Source of the DNA: Basidiobolus meristosporus CBS 931.73
Lineage: Eukaryota > Fungi > Basidiobolomycota
Reading direction: 5' to 3'
Length of the DNA: 64,000 bases
NCBI GenBank assembly: GCA_002104905.1
Contig: MCFE01000155.1
Span: 62,001 to 126,000, forward strand
Positions 11,990 through 24,600 of the stretch are shown here, piece by piece. The position numbers and the translations under genes are program-made. Each line of letters opens with the position of its first letter. Position 1 is the first letter of the stretch. The notes under the pieces are model-generated. The model was not told where the DNA came from and ran no database searches. It saw nothing but the letters and a program-made list of their open reading frames with translations.

Positions 11990-12900
11990 AAAAGTATGTA
12001 TTGTCCTATCCCTCCTTATGTATTGGTCAATCTGATATGTACAGATCATGAATATACAGACTTACTTGTTGACATACACCTAAGTCCTTTCTTGGTCCTA
12101 TCTTGCCAAGCTCTACCCTCCTGTCTTATGCTTATTCATAACAGGGAGAGACTGAGATTTTAATACTCAAGTCTAAAATCAAAAACACTGAAGACTCATA
12201 AAGCCACTGAGTGCAATGATGATAAGTGGCTGCTATCCAAGAAGCTGTAAAAAGTCTAGCATGCCATCACCTTAAGGCCAGCATACCATTGGATCATCAG
12301 GAGCTCAAGGCTAAGCATAATGTGCTTAACTGGCTCCATATGCACTATCCCAGATTCAAGCAAGCAAATGGATCTTGGGCCAAAACTGGTATGTTAAGAA
12401 AGTTTCTCAAGAATAGCAGAAGCCATCATAGGCACAGGAACAAGAATGTCACTGCAAAAAACTGTGGCTTCCCTAGTAGCTTGTCACAGGCAGGGCTGAA
12501 AGCCCATGACAGGTTGATTCCTCTAAGAGATAAGAAAAATACCAAGAAACAACAGCATTCTGACAAGTGTTGCAGGTGAAGCCAGCTGAGCTACACTCCA
12601 GTGAGGTAGATGTATTTGCTGAGAATGGCAAATTGTAAACCACAGTCTCTATGTCCTCTATTGTAGATACAGTGGTGATCCCACTGATAGAAAAAGTATC
12701 AATGTCAAGAACACAAAAGACTATCACAATACCTATAGTCAAATTTTGGACATTGGTAGGCACAGCAAAAGGTTGTAGCACTCATACAACAGTAGTACTG
12801 AAGATAATGCACCTGAATATTGTAAGGATGTATTGCCAACACTGACAAATGAGGTGCTAGATCTGGCAGTGATTGCCAAAGACCAGGACATATGGGAACT
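11990..12900 (+). pseudogene. Decayed, apparently intron-containing ORF; possibly the accessory gene of a CACTA-like DNA transposon
   Basis: GTATGT...TACAG intron-like segment from ~11989. The helical ORF 12226-12579 (YPRFKQANGSWAKTGMLRKFLKNSR) resembles transposon-associated fungal ORFs by my recollection only. CpG-depleted like the surrounding TEs. Confidence 0.35.
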
Positions 12901-14249
12901 ATTGAATGAATAATGGCGTTAAGCTTTAGGGTTCCCACCAAAATCATGGAAGAAGGGTGCTACAGCTGAATAATCTATAGAATGGTGAATCTTAATGGAC
13001 CTACTTTCTGAGTGTGAGGTTGAGCTTAATATTAATGTTGGGTTTAGGGAATGGTAAAGATCTGTACAATTGGCAATTGAATTGCAACTGAAATTTTTAT
13101 GGAAGTAAATCAATTTGGATGCATGCAAAGTAAGAGTATTTGTTTAGTCAGGAGGTAGGCAATGTGAATAGAGGCAGTAGCCTATCAATGAACATAAGAT
13201 TAGGACGTGATTGAGTGTATAGGATCAGAAAGTGAGAGAATAGGCAAACACCCAATTGAAATTCTTTTAGGAATTGCTGCAACAAAAGATTTTGACTAGG
13301 TTTTTTAGTGAAATCTGGGGTGGGTTCTTTTAACAGTGTTTATACAGTATCCTGCTGGGCTCAATACCTCTTGGTCACAGTAGTTTAATTTTGTGATGAC
13401 CTTTTGACAGGTTCATCACAATCATTTTTGATAGGGTGTTATGATAATCTTGATTAAAGGATGCAATATATTTTAATACCATATGGTACTGGTTGTTAAT
13501 ACAACAAGAACTCTATGCAGCTGGCATCAAGCACAAATAGCTTCTCAGAGCTTGCTAATCGCTTCATGGAAGTTTTTCATCACTGCAGTCCAAGAGTTGC
13601 CTTTCAATGGTTCTCCAACATTCATTATGAAATGTAATCAGCTCCTGCAGGTAGATCCAATCCAGATCAACAATCAGGATCTCACAGTGAGGCCATCATA
13701 ATGCCAGCAGCTTGAAGTTATTGACCCTCTACACAATGTTATGATGGCATTGTGACAGCATTTGCCAAGTTTGCTGCCAAATAAAATTAGAAACTTGACA
13801 GTGTTTAAGCAATCTTTTGACAAGAATTGTATGGCTTTCTGACAGCCTTTATGTGCACTACATTTATTTGAGCAGACCTAACCAAGCATACATCCAATTG
13901 CCATGTATGGCAAGAAACTTGATGGTGATCTGATGACCTCATTACATACCACTGGTGGCATTCTAACAGCAGTATGGTGGCCTGCAGCTAGTTCTGTATA
14001 ATGCTACCATACCAAATTACTAAATTATATTTTCCTTTTCAACCTCTCCTTGTGCCATTCATATATTCCACTGTATAATCACCCCTCTTTACTTGCTTAT
14101 CCACTACTACTCTGTGTATTACACATATACTTATATCCAAAAAATAATGGCCTCCTGCTAATCAACCTCTGCATCTATGCACTCCAGCTGCAATTGACAT
14201 ACTTTTATCACCTCACCATTGCTACTTTTCAGTGCAATACTTTAAAAGT

Positions 14250-16100
14250 TGCCATATACCTATTATTGCTAGTTACATTTACATCTTGCAAGCATATGCT
14301 TGATTGCCACCACTTTTGCCACAAATACCTCCTGAATGCATGCAATGAAAAATTTAGTATTTAGCCATTATATTCCCTCTTCTAGCTGAATTCTAGTGCT
14401 CCTTATAGAGGTGCTCAGGAACTTGTTTGTTTGGATTTTGTATTGATGATGTAGAATTTGGTTTGTGACCAGGAGAAACCTGGCATACTTGGCTAAAGTG
14501 GTACTGATGAATAATAGTTGCTTGTTGTGCCCAACCTTGGGATGCATAACTTAACTGATTACCCACACATTGGGGCTACTTAGCTTCTCAATAGCAAATG
14601 CACAGGCATCTCCATTTGCACATCTGTCCTCAATATTTTCCAGCACTTCCAGGCTGTATTCAATGTGTCAACTCAACACATCCTTGATGGACTTTAAGGT
14701 TATATTTTTGATGAGATTAGAATATGGCAGTGCTTGCAATCTGGCTTCTCTTCCTATCTCCCCACACAACTGTTCTACAGAAAATTCCCAAAGGGTGAGG
14801 TAAGGCCCAATATTCTCCACAAACCTAGCAGGATGGAGTAGATAATGGATAAAGTAGAGGGAGAGATCTACATGTACGCCTTTATGCTTGTAGTACAGCC
14901 ACTCAAATCCTGTCACAAACTCCTTGCATAAAAGCTGTATATATGTCAAGTTGACATTGATGATCTTCTTCTGGGTAAATACTTCTATCATGTCAAAATA
15001 TGACTCCCAGTGCCTACAATGTACTCTGGGGGGAAATAACTTCACAAGGCCACTTAAATAAATATATATCCAGGTCATCCAGCCCTTCCCTTTGTATTGT
15101 TGCATATGAGTATGAATATTGAGTGGAGCTGGTGAGAAATACTTTTGGGTATCAGATACTATGTAATATCTTGCCAATTATTTAAAATTTCTCCTGTATC
15201 TCAAAGGGTGTATCTAGGTCAAAATGCTCCATGTATAAGTTGGTCATTGGTAAATGGATATTGTTCAGACACAAGTGCATTGCTCCCAGTGGAATGGGTT
15301 AGATCCAACATATACCCACTATCTTAAGTATATCCAGCTTCCAATTGACTACATATTTTGGTTGACAGCTCATAGCTTGCCAACTTTGTGGCTATTACAT
15401 GCTAACCTCTGTACATCATCAATGTGGGAAGATGATATTGATAGTGTTTGTGTTTGGGTAGTAAGAATTTGCATGAGTAATGGAGTAGATCCCTGGATCT
15501 CACACAGGCAACAGCAATACTGTTTGTTGTGCTCAGAAATGCCAGCTATCTTGCTGATGGCAGGGGCATCACCAATACAGATGCTGATATGTGCTTTGAT
15601 ATGATAGCCATTCACTAGTATCCTGCTGGAAAGCATACAAAACTCATACAGCAATATATAGAGGTACCTATTCAAGTTGAAGAGTGATTTAGGCCCAGAT
15701 ACCAGTGAGACTTCAATCAGACTTTGGCACTGATACTGTAAGATAGATGGCCAAATGAAGTCGAAGAGAATCAGTGGCCAGCAGGATTTTTGGTAGCATA
15801 ATTGGTTAATGAGAATCCATCAAGTACCAAGGCAAAGGCATCACTGTACATACCTTCAAAGTAGCCCTTACTTCTAGGTTTTTTGTAGTATTTACCATCT
15901 AGCATACTGAAAATGTCTGAGCTTGATTGATACTGATTGTGGTACTTTATAGCTTCTCTATATTTGTTAGACTGCATGAGCTTCTGTAGACAGGTTACTA
16001 CTGGATTGTGTCTGGAGTATGAAAAGTGTATTCCTCCTATGTTGGTGGATTCTTGACAAGTTGTATACCTTGAAATTGTGACATTTTCCAATGTGAATGC
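14250..16100 (-). mobile_element. CACTA/CMC-EnSpm (Tnp2/Transposase_21-type) transposase remnant
   Basis: Motifs in the expected order across frameshifts: SDIFSMLDGKYY...LVLDGF (15771-16103), GDAPAISKIAG...HNKQYCCCLC (15370-15675), HYLLH...IGPYLTLWEFSVEQLCG...PYSNL (14668-15177). Confidence 0.85.
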
Positions 16101-16907
16101 CATGCAATTGTGGTTAAGGAAGCTTTTTAAAGATTTAGGCTTATGTCAAAAAATGCCTAATACTTTATTTCAAGATAATCAAGGATGTATCCAATTAGAT
16201 AGAATTCCAACTTTTCATGCTAGAACTAAGCACATAAATATTAGTCAAGAGAAGCAATGTGGTTAAGAAAGAATTGTAAAAACTAAGGCTTATGTCAAAA
16301 AATACCTATTACCATATTTCAAGATAATGAAGAATGTATACAATTAGGCAGAAATCCAACTTCTCATGCTAGAACTAAGCACATAGAGATTTGGCATCAC
16401 TTCATACATGAAACTATAGAAAATCACTTAGTTAGCCTAGTTTACTGTCCAACAGATGAAATGATTGCAGTTGTATTTACAAAACCATTAGCTTGAGACA
16501 AATTTGATTGTTTTAGGTTAAATTAGGACTAGTCAGTATAAACATTCAGTACAGTGGGAGTGTTGTAAGAATTTATAAATCCACCTGAATATTACCTAAC
16601 TTGGTACTTAGAGCATTACCTAAAGATCTCAGAGAATACTGACCAAGTTCCTTGTTGGGATTTACTTCAAATATTCTCACCTGAATATCATGTACCCAGA
16701 ACATGAAAGTTGGATAAGTTGGCCAAACAGCCCCAAACCTTGCACACATGCTCTTGGGACCTTTTTAAGCCTATCTTATGTGATTATTATGCCAAGATCA
16801 TGTGAAAGTATAAATACTACTATTACTTTCAATAGATCATTAAGTGAAAACCACATAATCTACTTGTACTCCCAATAACTGCCAATATCTCCAAGACTCT
16901 TACAACA
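16100..16907 (+). mobile_element. Copia B 3' end: RNase H fragment (partly duplicated), PPT and LTR (16561-16907)
   Basis: WLRKLFKDLG...FQDNQGCI...HARTKHI motif, then YCPTDEMIAVVFTKPL. PPT AGTGGGAG; LTR bounded by the 9-bp inverted termini TGTTGTAAG / CTTACAACA. Confidence 0.88.
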
Positions 16908-17430
16908 AGTTTCCTGTCCAGCTGCATCAGGTGTAGAGTCATCATCCACAACATCCTTCTTAATTGGAGTTTCTCAATATAGGGTAAAGGTTGTTTTGGT
17001 GTGTAAATTGTTAAGATGCTCCAAAGTAAGTGTACCATATCTGAGAATCCTTGTTTGTGTCATATTCAGTGCAGATATGAATAGTCTATCTTATGTTGTG
17101 GAAGCATTTCTATACTCAGGCATTTCCTGATGATTATCTTGCTTTTTGAAGCACTGGTCTGATATCTGTCCTTTCCTTTTGCAGTAGATGCAAAAGGGTT
17201 TGCTGGTACCTTTGAAGGGTCTTGGGTACCTCCTTTGTTGGTAATCCTAGTTACTTATTACATCATTTTATTCTTCCTTCTTGTTGGTGCTTAATTCTTA
17301 TAATTCAGCATTCAGGAGCCTTCCATATATGTAATTTAAGGTCAAGTCTTCAGTTCTAGACTCTAGGGTAGATACAGGCCCTAAAACTCATTTTTCAGGC
17401 TACTCTTTTGGGGAAGGTAAGCAAAGGTGA
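16908..17430 (-). mobile_element. Copia C fragment: gag C-terminus, zinc knuckle, protease
   Basis: The - strand gives LESRTEDLTLNYIYGRLL (gag), CIYCKRKGQISDQC (CCHC with H>Q) and WYTYFGAS (decayed WxxDSGAS protease). It is cut by the Copia B LTR. Confidence 0.75.
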
Positions 17431-18202
17431 CAAGTCAAGAAAATCTTGATAGAAGAGACCCTACAAAAGAATCAACTAAAGGCCAGCAGAATACCATTAT
17501 AATATCAGCTAAATTCCAAGTTTCTCCCAACTCATAACTCTCAATATCTCAGAGAAGCAGACACATTTTCTAGGGGGAGACTAGGCCAACTAGCATTCAT
17601 GCCAAATCTGGTAATCAGCTATTCACTACTTCCACAAAGATTTACAGCTAAAATTCTGAAGGAAAAGCACCAGCTGAATGCCATCAAAATACCATTAGAA
17701 TACCAGCCAAATACCGGCAGATTATCAGATGAGTTCCAAGTAGGAGATTTTTCATTGGGAAAAGAACCATGTCTTGCATTACCAGTGTGTATCGACTGAA
17801 ATTTGGTGATGACTTGGGGAAGCTCTAACGTAATCAGGAGCAATCGGCATTCCCCTTATAACTCATCGGGGGAAAGTATGGAGTCATATTTACACAGCTA
17901 TTTTTCCCGATGATAAACGTTGTGATCTAGAACATCGAACTGCGTGAAATTCAACATATGTAATACAATTGGAATGTTGAATCTCATTTTCTGGAGATAT
18001 TTGTCTTCAACATACTTGTGATACAATGACTTGTATATAAAATCGCCCCTACCAATTTAGTAATATCGAGGTGGCGTTCGCCAATCAGCATAGGACTAGG
18101 TATAATGCCACCAAGTGTGTGTGTAACCAATGAAAGATGAAGGCTACTTATGCCAATTATGCACCATGGAATACCGCACCAGTCCATTTTCCTTCCTGAA
18201 TA

Positions 18203-21200
18203 ATGGCAGCAAATAACCACTCTCTCGAGAGTAAAGAGGCCGAGGTAAAGGAACTGCTCGATAGTATTTACACAGCGGAAACTTCTAGAGAATGTGCGGA
18301 GAACGCAGATAAACTTGGCGCATTGTTGAAAGATGATGGAATCGTCGCTCTCGAGCGCTTCGGTATAGTGGACAACCTGACCTCGGCAGTTAACAATAAA
18401 AAGTCAGGCATAGCACGTGAATCCGGCTTGATTGGCTTCGCTTCAATGATCCGTGCCATGGGCCCCACAGTAGAGCCGTTTTTTATCCCTAGCCTCCCGC
18501 TAATCTTCGGTTCCTATGCTGACAAAGGGGAGGTGGTTAGGGAAGCAGCTGAGTCTGCAATTGCGGAGCTGTTCTTGCTTCCACCGCCTATTGGGCTCTC
18601 GACGGTGTTTTTGGAAACCCTTTTTGAGATTCTTTCAAGTGGAGCTCGCTGGCAGGCAAAGGCAGCAGCTTGCGAGCTCATTAGTAAAATCCCGGAGAAA
18701 GCACCCGATAATATTGCTGCAAATCTGGTATCCATCATCCCACCTGTATCTGAATGCCTACATGACACAAAGCGTGAGGTAATTGCTATTCAATCTTCTC
18801 TGCTCGCCTTCATCGCTTGATGTCTAACGAAGAGATATCCTGTTGTGTAGGTTGCGACGGCCGCTAGAAAAGCAATGATAGCAATCGTTGGCGTTGTTCG
18901 AAATCAAGACATTGTGCCTTTCATCACTGATCTTGTTCAATGTATGGCTGAGCCTGATAAAGTGCCTGACACTATCAACAAATTATCAGCCACTACGTTT
19001 GTAGCCGATGTGAATGGTAGGCGATATCTGAACTGACTCACAGGAATGAAGCAATCTCAATGACGTTTGATTAGGTCCCACACTCTCGGTTCTGATTCCT
19101 TTACTTGTACGTGCGCTAAGCAATCGCTCACAGTCAGTTCTTCGTAAAACGGTCATTATTGTGGATAATCTCTGCAGGCTTGTCAATAATCCAAAAGAAG
19201 CGGGCCAATATCTTCCCGAACTATTGCCTGGTATAGACCGAATCATTGAGACTTCGTCGCCGGAGGTCGGCGCGCTTGCCTCCAAGGCACGAGCAACGCT
19301 TGTCAAGGCAGCAGGAACCGTGCAGGGAACAGCCCACCGTAGCATACAAGCGGAGCGAGCAGAGGTATTAGCACACATGAAGTCGACAGTCGCCGAGAAA
19401 AACATCCCGCTGGATAGGCCCCTTCTAATCCAGCTGGAGTACCTGGCAGCTATCATCACCGAATTGGTGGCGGAACGGCAGTTTGACAAGCAGTACTGGA
19501 TACAAGAACTCATTTCGCCCTATCTGCAACAACTAATGGACGAAGCTATTGCCGAGCAGATTGCTGAGGACCTTCTGACCCATTACATTGATATGGATAA
19601 GGTAGCCTAAGCCCTCACAGCTTTCTTGACCTTGTTGACTAACCAATAGAATGCAGAAAAAATACGAGAATGCTAATGGGACGGATGACGATGAAGGCGA
19701 GCTACTGTGCGATATAGACTTCTCCTTGGCGTACGGTGGAATGATGCTGCTGAACCACACCAATTTGAAATTACGTCGAGGCCGTAGATACGGCTTGTGC
19801 GGTGCTAACGGTGCAGGTAAATCAACACTGATGCGATCCATTGCAACTGGGAAGTTAGAAGGGTTCCCCCCACAAAGTGAGCTCAAAACTGTCTTTGTGG
19901 AGCATTCACTGCAAGGAGAAGATGCTATGTTACCAATAATAGAATTTATTTGCAATGGTGAGGGCTTCTTCTAAGCGTTGTTGCTGGCAAAGACTAAACC
20001 GTTCGTTCTGGCTTAAAACAGATCCTAACCTTGCCCATGTAGCTCGTGGCGAGGTTTCCAAGGCATTAAGTAGTGTTGGATTTACTGATCAAATGCAGCT
20101 AGCCCCGGTAAAATCCCTGTCTGGCGGATGGAAAATGAAGTTAGAACTAGCTAGGGCTATCATAGTCGACGCGGATATCTTACTCCTAGATGAACCGACA
20201 AATCACCTCGACACCACCAACATTGCTTGGTTGGAGGATTATCTCAAGACCAGAAGGATTACCTGCATTATAGTAAGTCACGACTCGTCCTTTCTTGACA
20301 ATGTGACCACCGACATCATCCATTACGAAGCGAAGAAGTTGGTGTACTACAAAGGAAATCTGGCCGAGTAAGGATAGTGTTGTCGAGCATGAGTGGGAAC
20401 CAAACTTACGCTGCTTGATGTCTTAGGTTTGTCAAGGTGCGGCCAGAAGGGAAATCGTACTACACGCTTTCTGCCTCCAAAATCAAATTCAAGTTCCCCA
20501 ACCCCGGACTCCTGCAAGGGGTCAAATCCAAGACGAAATCCATCATCCGCATGGCCGGCGTCTCGTACACTTATCCCAATGCTCTCAAGCCGGCCGTCAC
20601 TAACGTGTCGCTGAATCTGTCCCTCTCGTCACGTGTGGCAATCCTTGGGCCGAATGGAGCAGGTAAATCCACTATTGTCAAGCTTCTTACGGGTGAGATC
20701 GTTCCGCAGGAGGGTGTGGTCAATAAGCATCCAAATCTTCGGGTGGGGTACGTGGCGCAACATGCATTTCATCACCTTGAGCGGCATCTGGAGAAGACGC
20801 CGAACCAATACATCCAGTGGAGATATCAGCATGGTTATGATCGTGAGGTGTTGGAGAAAGCCACTCGGATCATAGATGAGGATGATCTGAAACAAATGGA
20901 AGTCCCAGTTGTCGTGAGGGGCGAGAAAAGAAAAATCGAGGTTAGTGAGCATTTAGTTCGACTTTCCATCTCCTTCAGCATCGCTTACTAAGTAGCAATA
21001 TTCACCGGATATGCACAGTGTATTGTAGGCCGAACCAAACTGGACAAGTCATTCCAGTATGAGGTTAAATGGGTTGACCTGCCGCACAAGCATAATACCA
21101 GAATCCCAAGAGAGGAGCTACTGAAGCTTGGTTTCTCGAAGATTGTGCTACAGTTTGATGAGCATGTGGCCAGTGCTGAAGGACTCGGGTATCGTAATTT

Positions 21201-21699
21201 GGAGCCAACGGAAATCCGTCAACACTTTGAAGATGTGGGGTTAGAAGGCGATATTGCTGATTACCATGACATTTCCAGCTTGAGTGGGGGCCAGAAAGTA
21301 AAGGTTGTTATTGCTGCTGCCATGTGGTCAAAGCCACATCTTTTGTGCCTGGATGAACCTACGAATTATTTGGACCGAGACAGCTTAGGTGGTCTGGCAG
21401 TTGCTATTCGTGACTGGGGAGGGGCTGTTGTCATGATTTCCCATAGTGACGAATTCGTAGGGGCACTCTGCCCAGAACAATGGTACGTAGAAGCAGGTCA
21501 AGTAACGAAGAAAGGGAAAAATGCCGTGGTCGAAGAGAGTTTCGCCGACAATGCTCAGGTGAAAGCGCCCGCTGTTCGAAAGAAGAAAAAGACCCGAAAT
21601 GAGCTAAAGGCACAGCAAGTGAGACGTCGAGAACGACACTTGAAATGGCTGGCTGACCCTTCAGGTGGGCCCAAAGAACCGGATACTGACAGTGATTAG
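18203..21699 (+). CDS. NEW1: eEF3-family ABCF ATPase, New1/Elf1 type (HEAT repeats, two ABC domains, chromodomain-like insert); multi-exon
   Basis: Walker A GANGAGKST and GPNGAGKST; signatures LSGGWKMK and LSGGQKVK; LLLDEPTNHLD. HEAT N-terminus like S. pombe Elf1 (DKGEVVREAA, HDTKREV); C-terminal tail RRRERHLKWL...PKEPDTDSD typical of Elf1/New1. GT-AG introns join the ORF-track pieces. Confidence 0.92.
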
Positions 21700-24600
21700 A
21701 ATGCCCCCATACACTCACCAGAATCTTTGCTCGTTTGTCAACTCAAACCCAAGAAAGCTATCTATTTTATCCCGATCCTCTTTAGGCAACAGGGGTATTT
21801 CAGACGTGGTCAATTGTCAAGAACATAAGCCATGTACCACTATTTATCATGAATATTGAAGCAGACAAAAACCATTGATTCCGCCTTTTCACTCTATCCA
21901 TATAACTGCATAATAAAGTTAACTTAAACCGCTCCGCCCCTGCCCTTCACGTTAGCCAAGAAACGTACGTAGCGCATACGCCCACCAATCCAAATTGGAC
22001 TGCCCAGTACAACATTTTGGAGAAATAATCAATAATGTGACAATCGGGTCAATCTTTACTTATTGAGCTTGTGTTCATTGTTTAAGATGAACTGCGACAA
22101 GATGCTTTGATGTATGTGCTTTGTGATGTCTCTAGGTTGGATGTGAAGGGAAATGGACTTGATAGGAGCATGCAGGTGGTGACAATTACAAGATGGTATA
22201 AGGTGCCTAGGTGAAACGGTCAGCCCACTAATTGCGAAGAATCAATGGTATACTGGGGCTGGCTACAGCAAGAGACGCAACCCTCTGATTCAAGAAGCTT
22301 AGATATGTATTCCATCCTAACGAGATGATATTTCCCATCAAAAATCGATAATGGAGCGGGAAAAGATAGAAAATTATCAAGTTGGAGATAGGCCATAATT
22401 TCCAACTGTTGAAGAGAGCGGTTCGATATCCCTAGGGTACATGTGAGAGATTAGCTACCACTACGGAATTCTATTTCTGACCTAGAAACTAACCGTATTT
22501 AAACGTTCTTGAACCTCAACCAAAGAACAGCCTGACAGGAGCCCCTGACTAATAAAAAACATCCCGACAACGGATGGAGCAAACACTGCTTGATCAATTG
22601 CGACACGACAAATGAGTGCTAGTGTGATTCATAGATCTGGCGGTTAACGCTACATATTCACTGCATAAAGTTACAAAGCAATACCTATGTGTGGCTGACG
22701 TATTTTGACTAGACGTTCAAGAAAAGGGTGCCAGAAGCTTAAAGCCGGGCCCTAAATAGATGGGATGTTGAAGTCGCATTTAGGTGTATTGCACGATTTG
22801 AAGCGCAAAAACGTGTGGGGTACCATAATCAAGCCACCATGTATTAGCATGCGCAAGGTCCTAGCCCGGTCAAGTTGAGGTTTCTTTTCAATCAATTTCT
22901 GGCAAGCAATATCACCCAACGCCACAATAGTAGCTATTAAGGGTTGGTTAGAAAATCGTAGAACGGATTTACAAGGGTCGCCGTATCATAGAAATCATGG
23001 AACCCCAAGAAATTTTAAGGGGAATTTACCGGTGCTAACAGACTTCACTAGGAAGGGGTTCCTCTCCAGATTTGTGGAATACCATCTGAAAGCTCGGACC
23101 CAAGGCCTTATCCGTGTTGTCATGACTGTTCTTTAGAGGGTACTCGAGAACAATCCACTCAAGGACAGATATGGATAAAGAAATTTTCTTTTTGTAACTC
23201 CTTCCTATATATGGTATTGGGCTTTGAAGCAGTTGGATCCTGTGATTAAGCCAGGGTGAACGTGTGAATATGGTATATGATAGAAGTTGTGGGCACATTT
23301 ATGACAGAATTCATGAACTCCACGAGTCACGTGTTCCTCCTCATTGACTGCTGTCTACTACCTGGATATTGTACTAGGAGTATATATGAGATGCATCTAA
23401 TAACGTAAAGATTGAGCACATGGTATATGGCTCATCAAGCATTAATGCTCTAAGGATTAATGGGCAAGGAGGGATAATAGTACGATAGGCAAGAAGCCTT
23501 ACTGATTGGTGTAGACTGTTAGTTTTTATTTGATAATATTAGCAGATCAGTGGTAGCAAATAGTTGCGCATCTAACGGGAAGACTCCTTATACCACCTCC
23601 AACTCAATAACATGAGTCATGCTCCGACCCTATTACCGATATTAAACTTGAATAATAATACATCACTGGAAATCAAAAATAGGGCGAGTGCTTCAGTGCT
23701 CAGAAGGTGCCATTATGTTGGTTTGAGAAGCTTCACATTCAGAGTTGGACATAATGAAATTCAAAGCCAGAGGTATATGGAAACAGCTGCTATTTTGCTG
23801 AATATAAATACCATACTACTTTTATAGGCCTTGAAGAAGGCTGGCAATAAGTACTCATCGAGTAGTCTACTGAAGCCTGGTTATTTATAGAATCTAAAGA
23901 AGAAGTAAAGCTTTAGGCATTTTCCCATACTTGACTCAAAGCCCAAAACGTATATATCTTTATCAACTAAAGCAAATGCAAATGAGTACATGGAAAGTTG
24001 GGTGCAGAGTTGAAGAATCTTGAGAGGAGTTTGGAGGGTTTCCATCTCTTCAATGCATTCCCTATTTTAAGAAGGTGACTGAGTATTCTGTTTAGTGAAA
24101 CTCCAAGTCAATCTGATCATGAAATCACGATATCTCAAAATTAGTTGCAATACTAGTTACTTTTAATATGGTAATATGCTACTAACCTTTGAGAGGGATG
24201 TAGGTTTGAATTCTATTGATACTAGTAGCTTCGTCGGCTGCTAACTTGGGGTTTAATTTGACAAGCTGTATAATTTTTGAGTCACCACCTAGCAAAGCTT
24301 ACTAATTTGGACTTGTATTTTTTGAGGGTATTCCACCCTACGCATGGTCCAAACCAGCACCTTACTGAAGCATCTAGGCCCTCATATATTATAATCAACT
24401 TTTGCAGCCTGCCACTGATTTTCTCACAAGTGGTGAGCAATACAGAAATTTTTGATTCTACAATACCACCATGAGTTCAAAGTGAAAAGTAGGCAAACCA
24501 GCAAAAATCCAAGGTTAGTACTCTTTCTTGTGTATATAGTTTCTGGTACTTATTTGGTTCGCAAATGATCATGTTTTAGGCCAGGGCAGCGTATCTGAAT

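Noticed and set aside
16908-17200. A protease deletion shared by Copia A and Copia C
   Set aside because: On re-reading, Copia C retains a decayed WxxDSGAS protease motif after its knuckle.
1-17710. Neurospora-type RIP (CpA>TpA)
   Set aside because: CpA and TpG are plentiful and the missing dinucleotide is CpG, which fits methylation-driven deamination or a CpG-context RIP-like process instead.
22410-22440. tRNA-like GGTTCGAT T-loop
   Set aside because: No acceptor stem, D-arm or A-box at the proper spacing; no tRNA recognised anywhere in the window.
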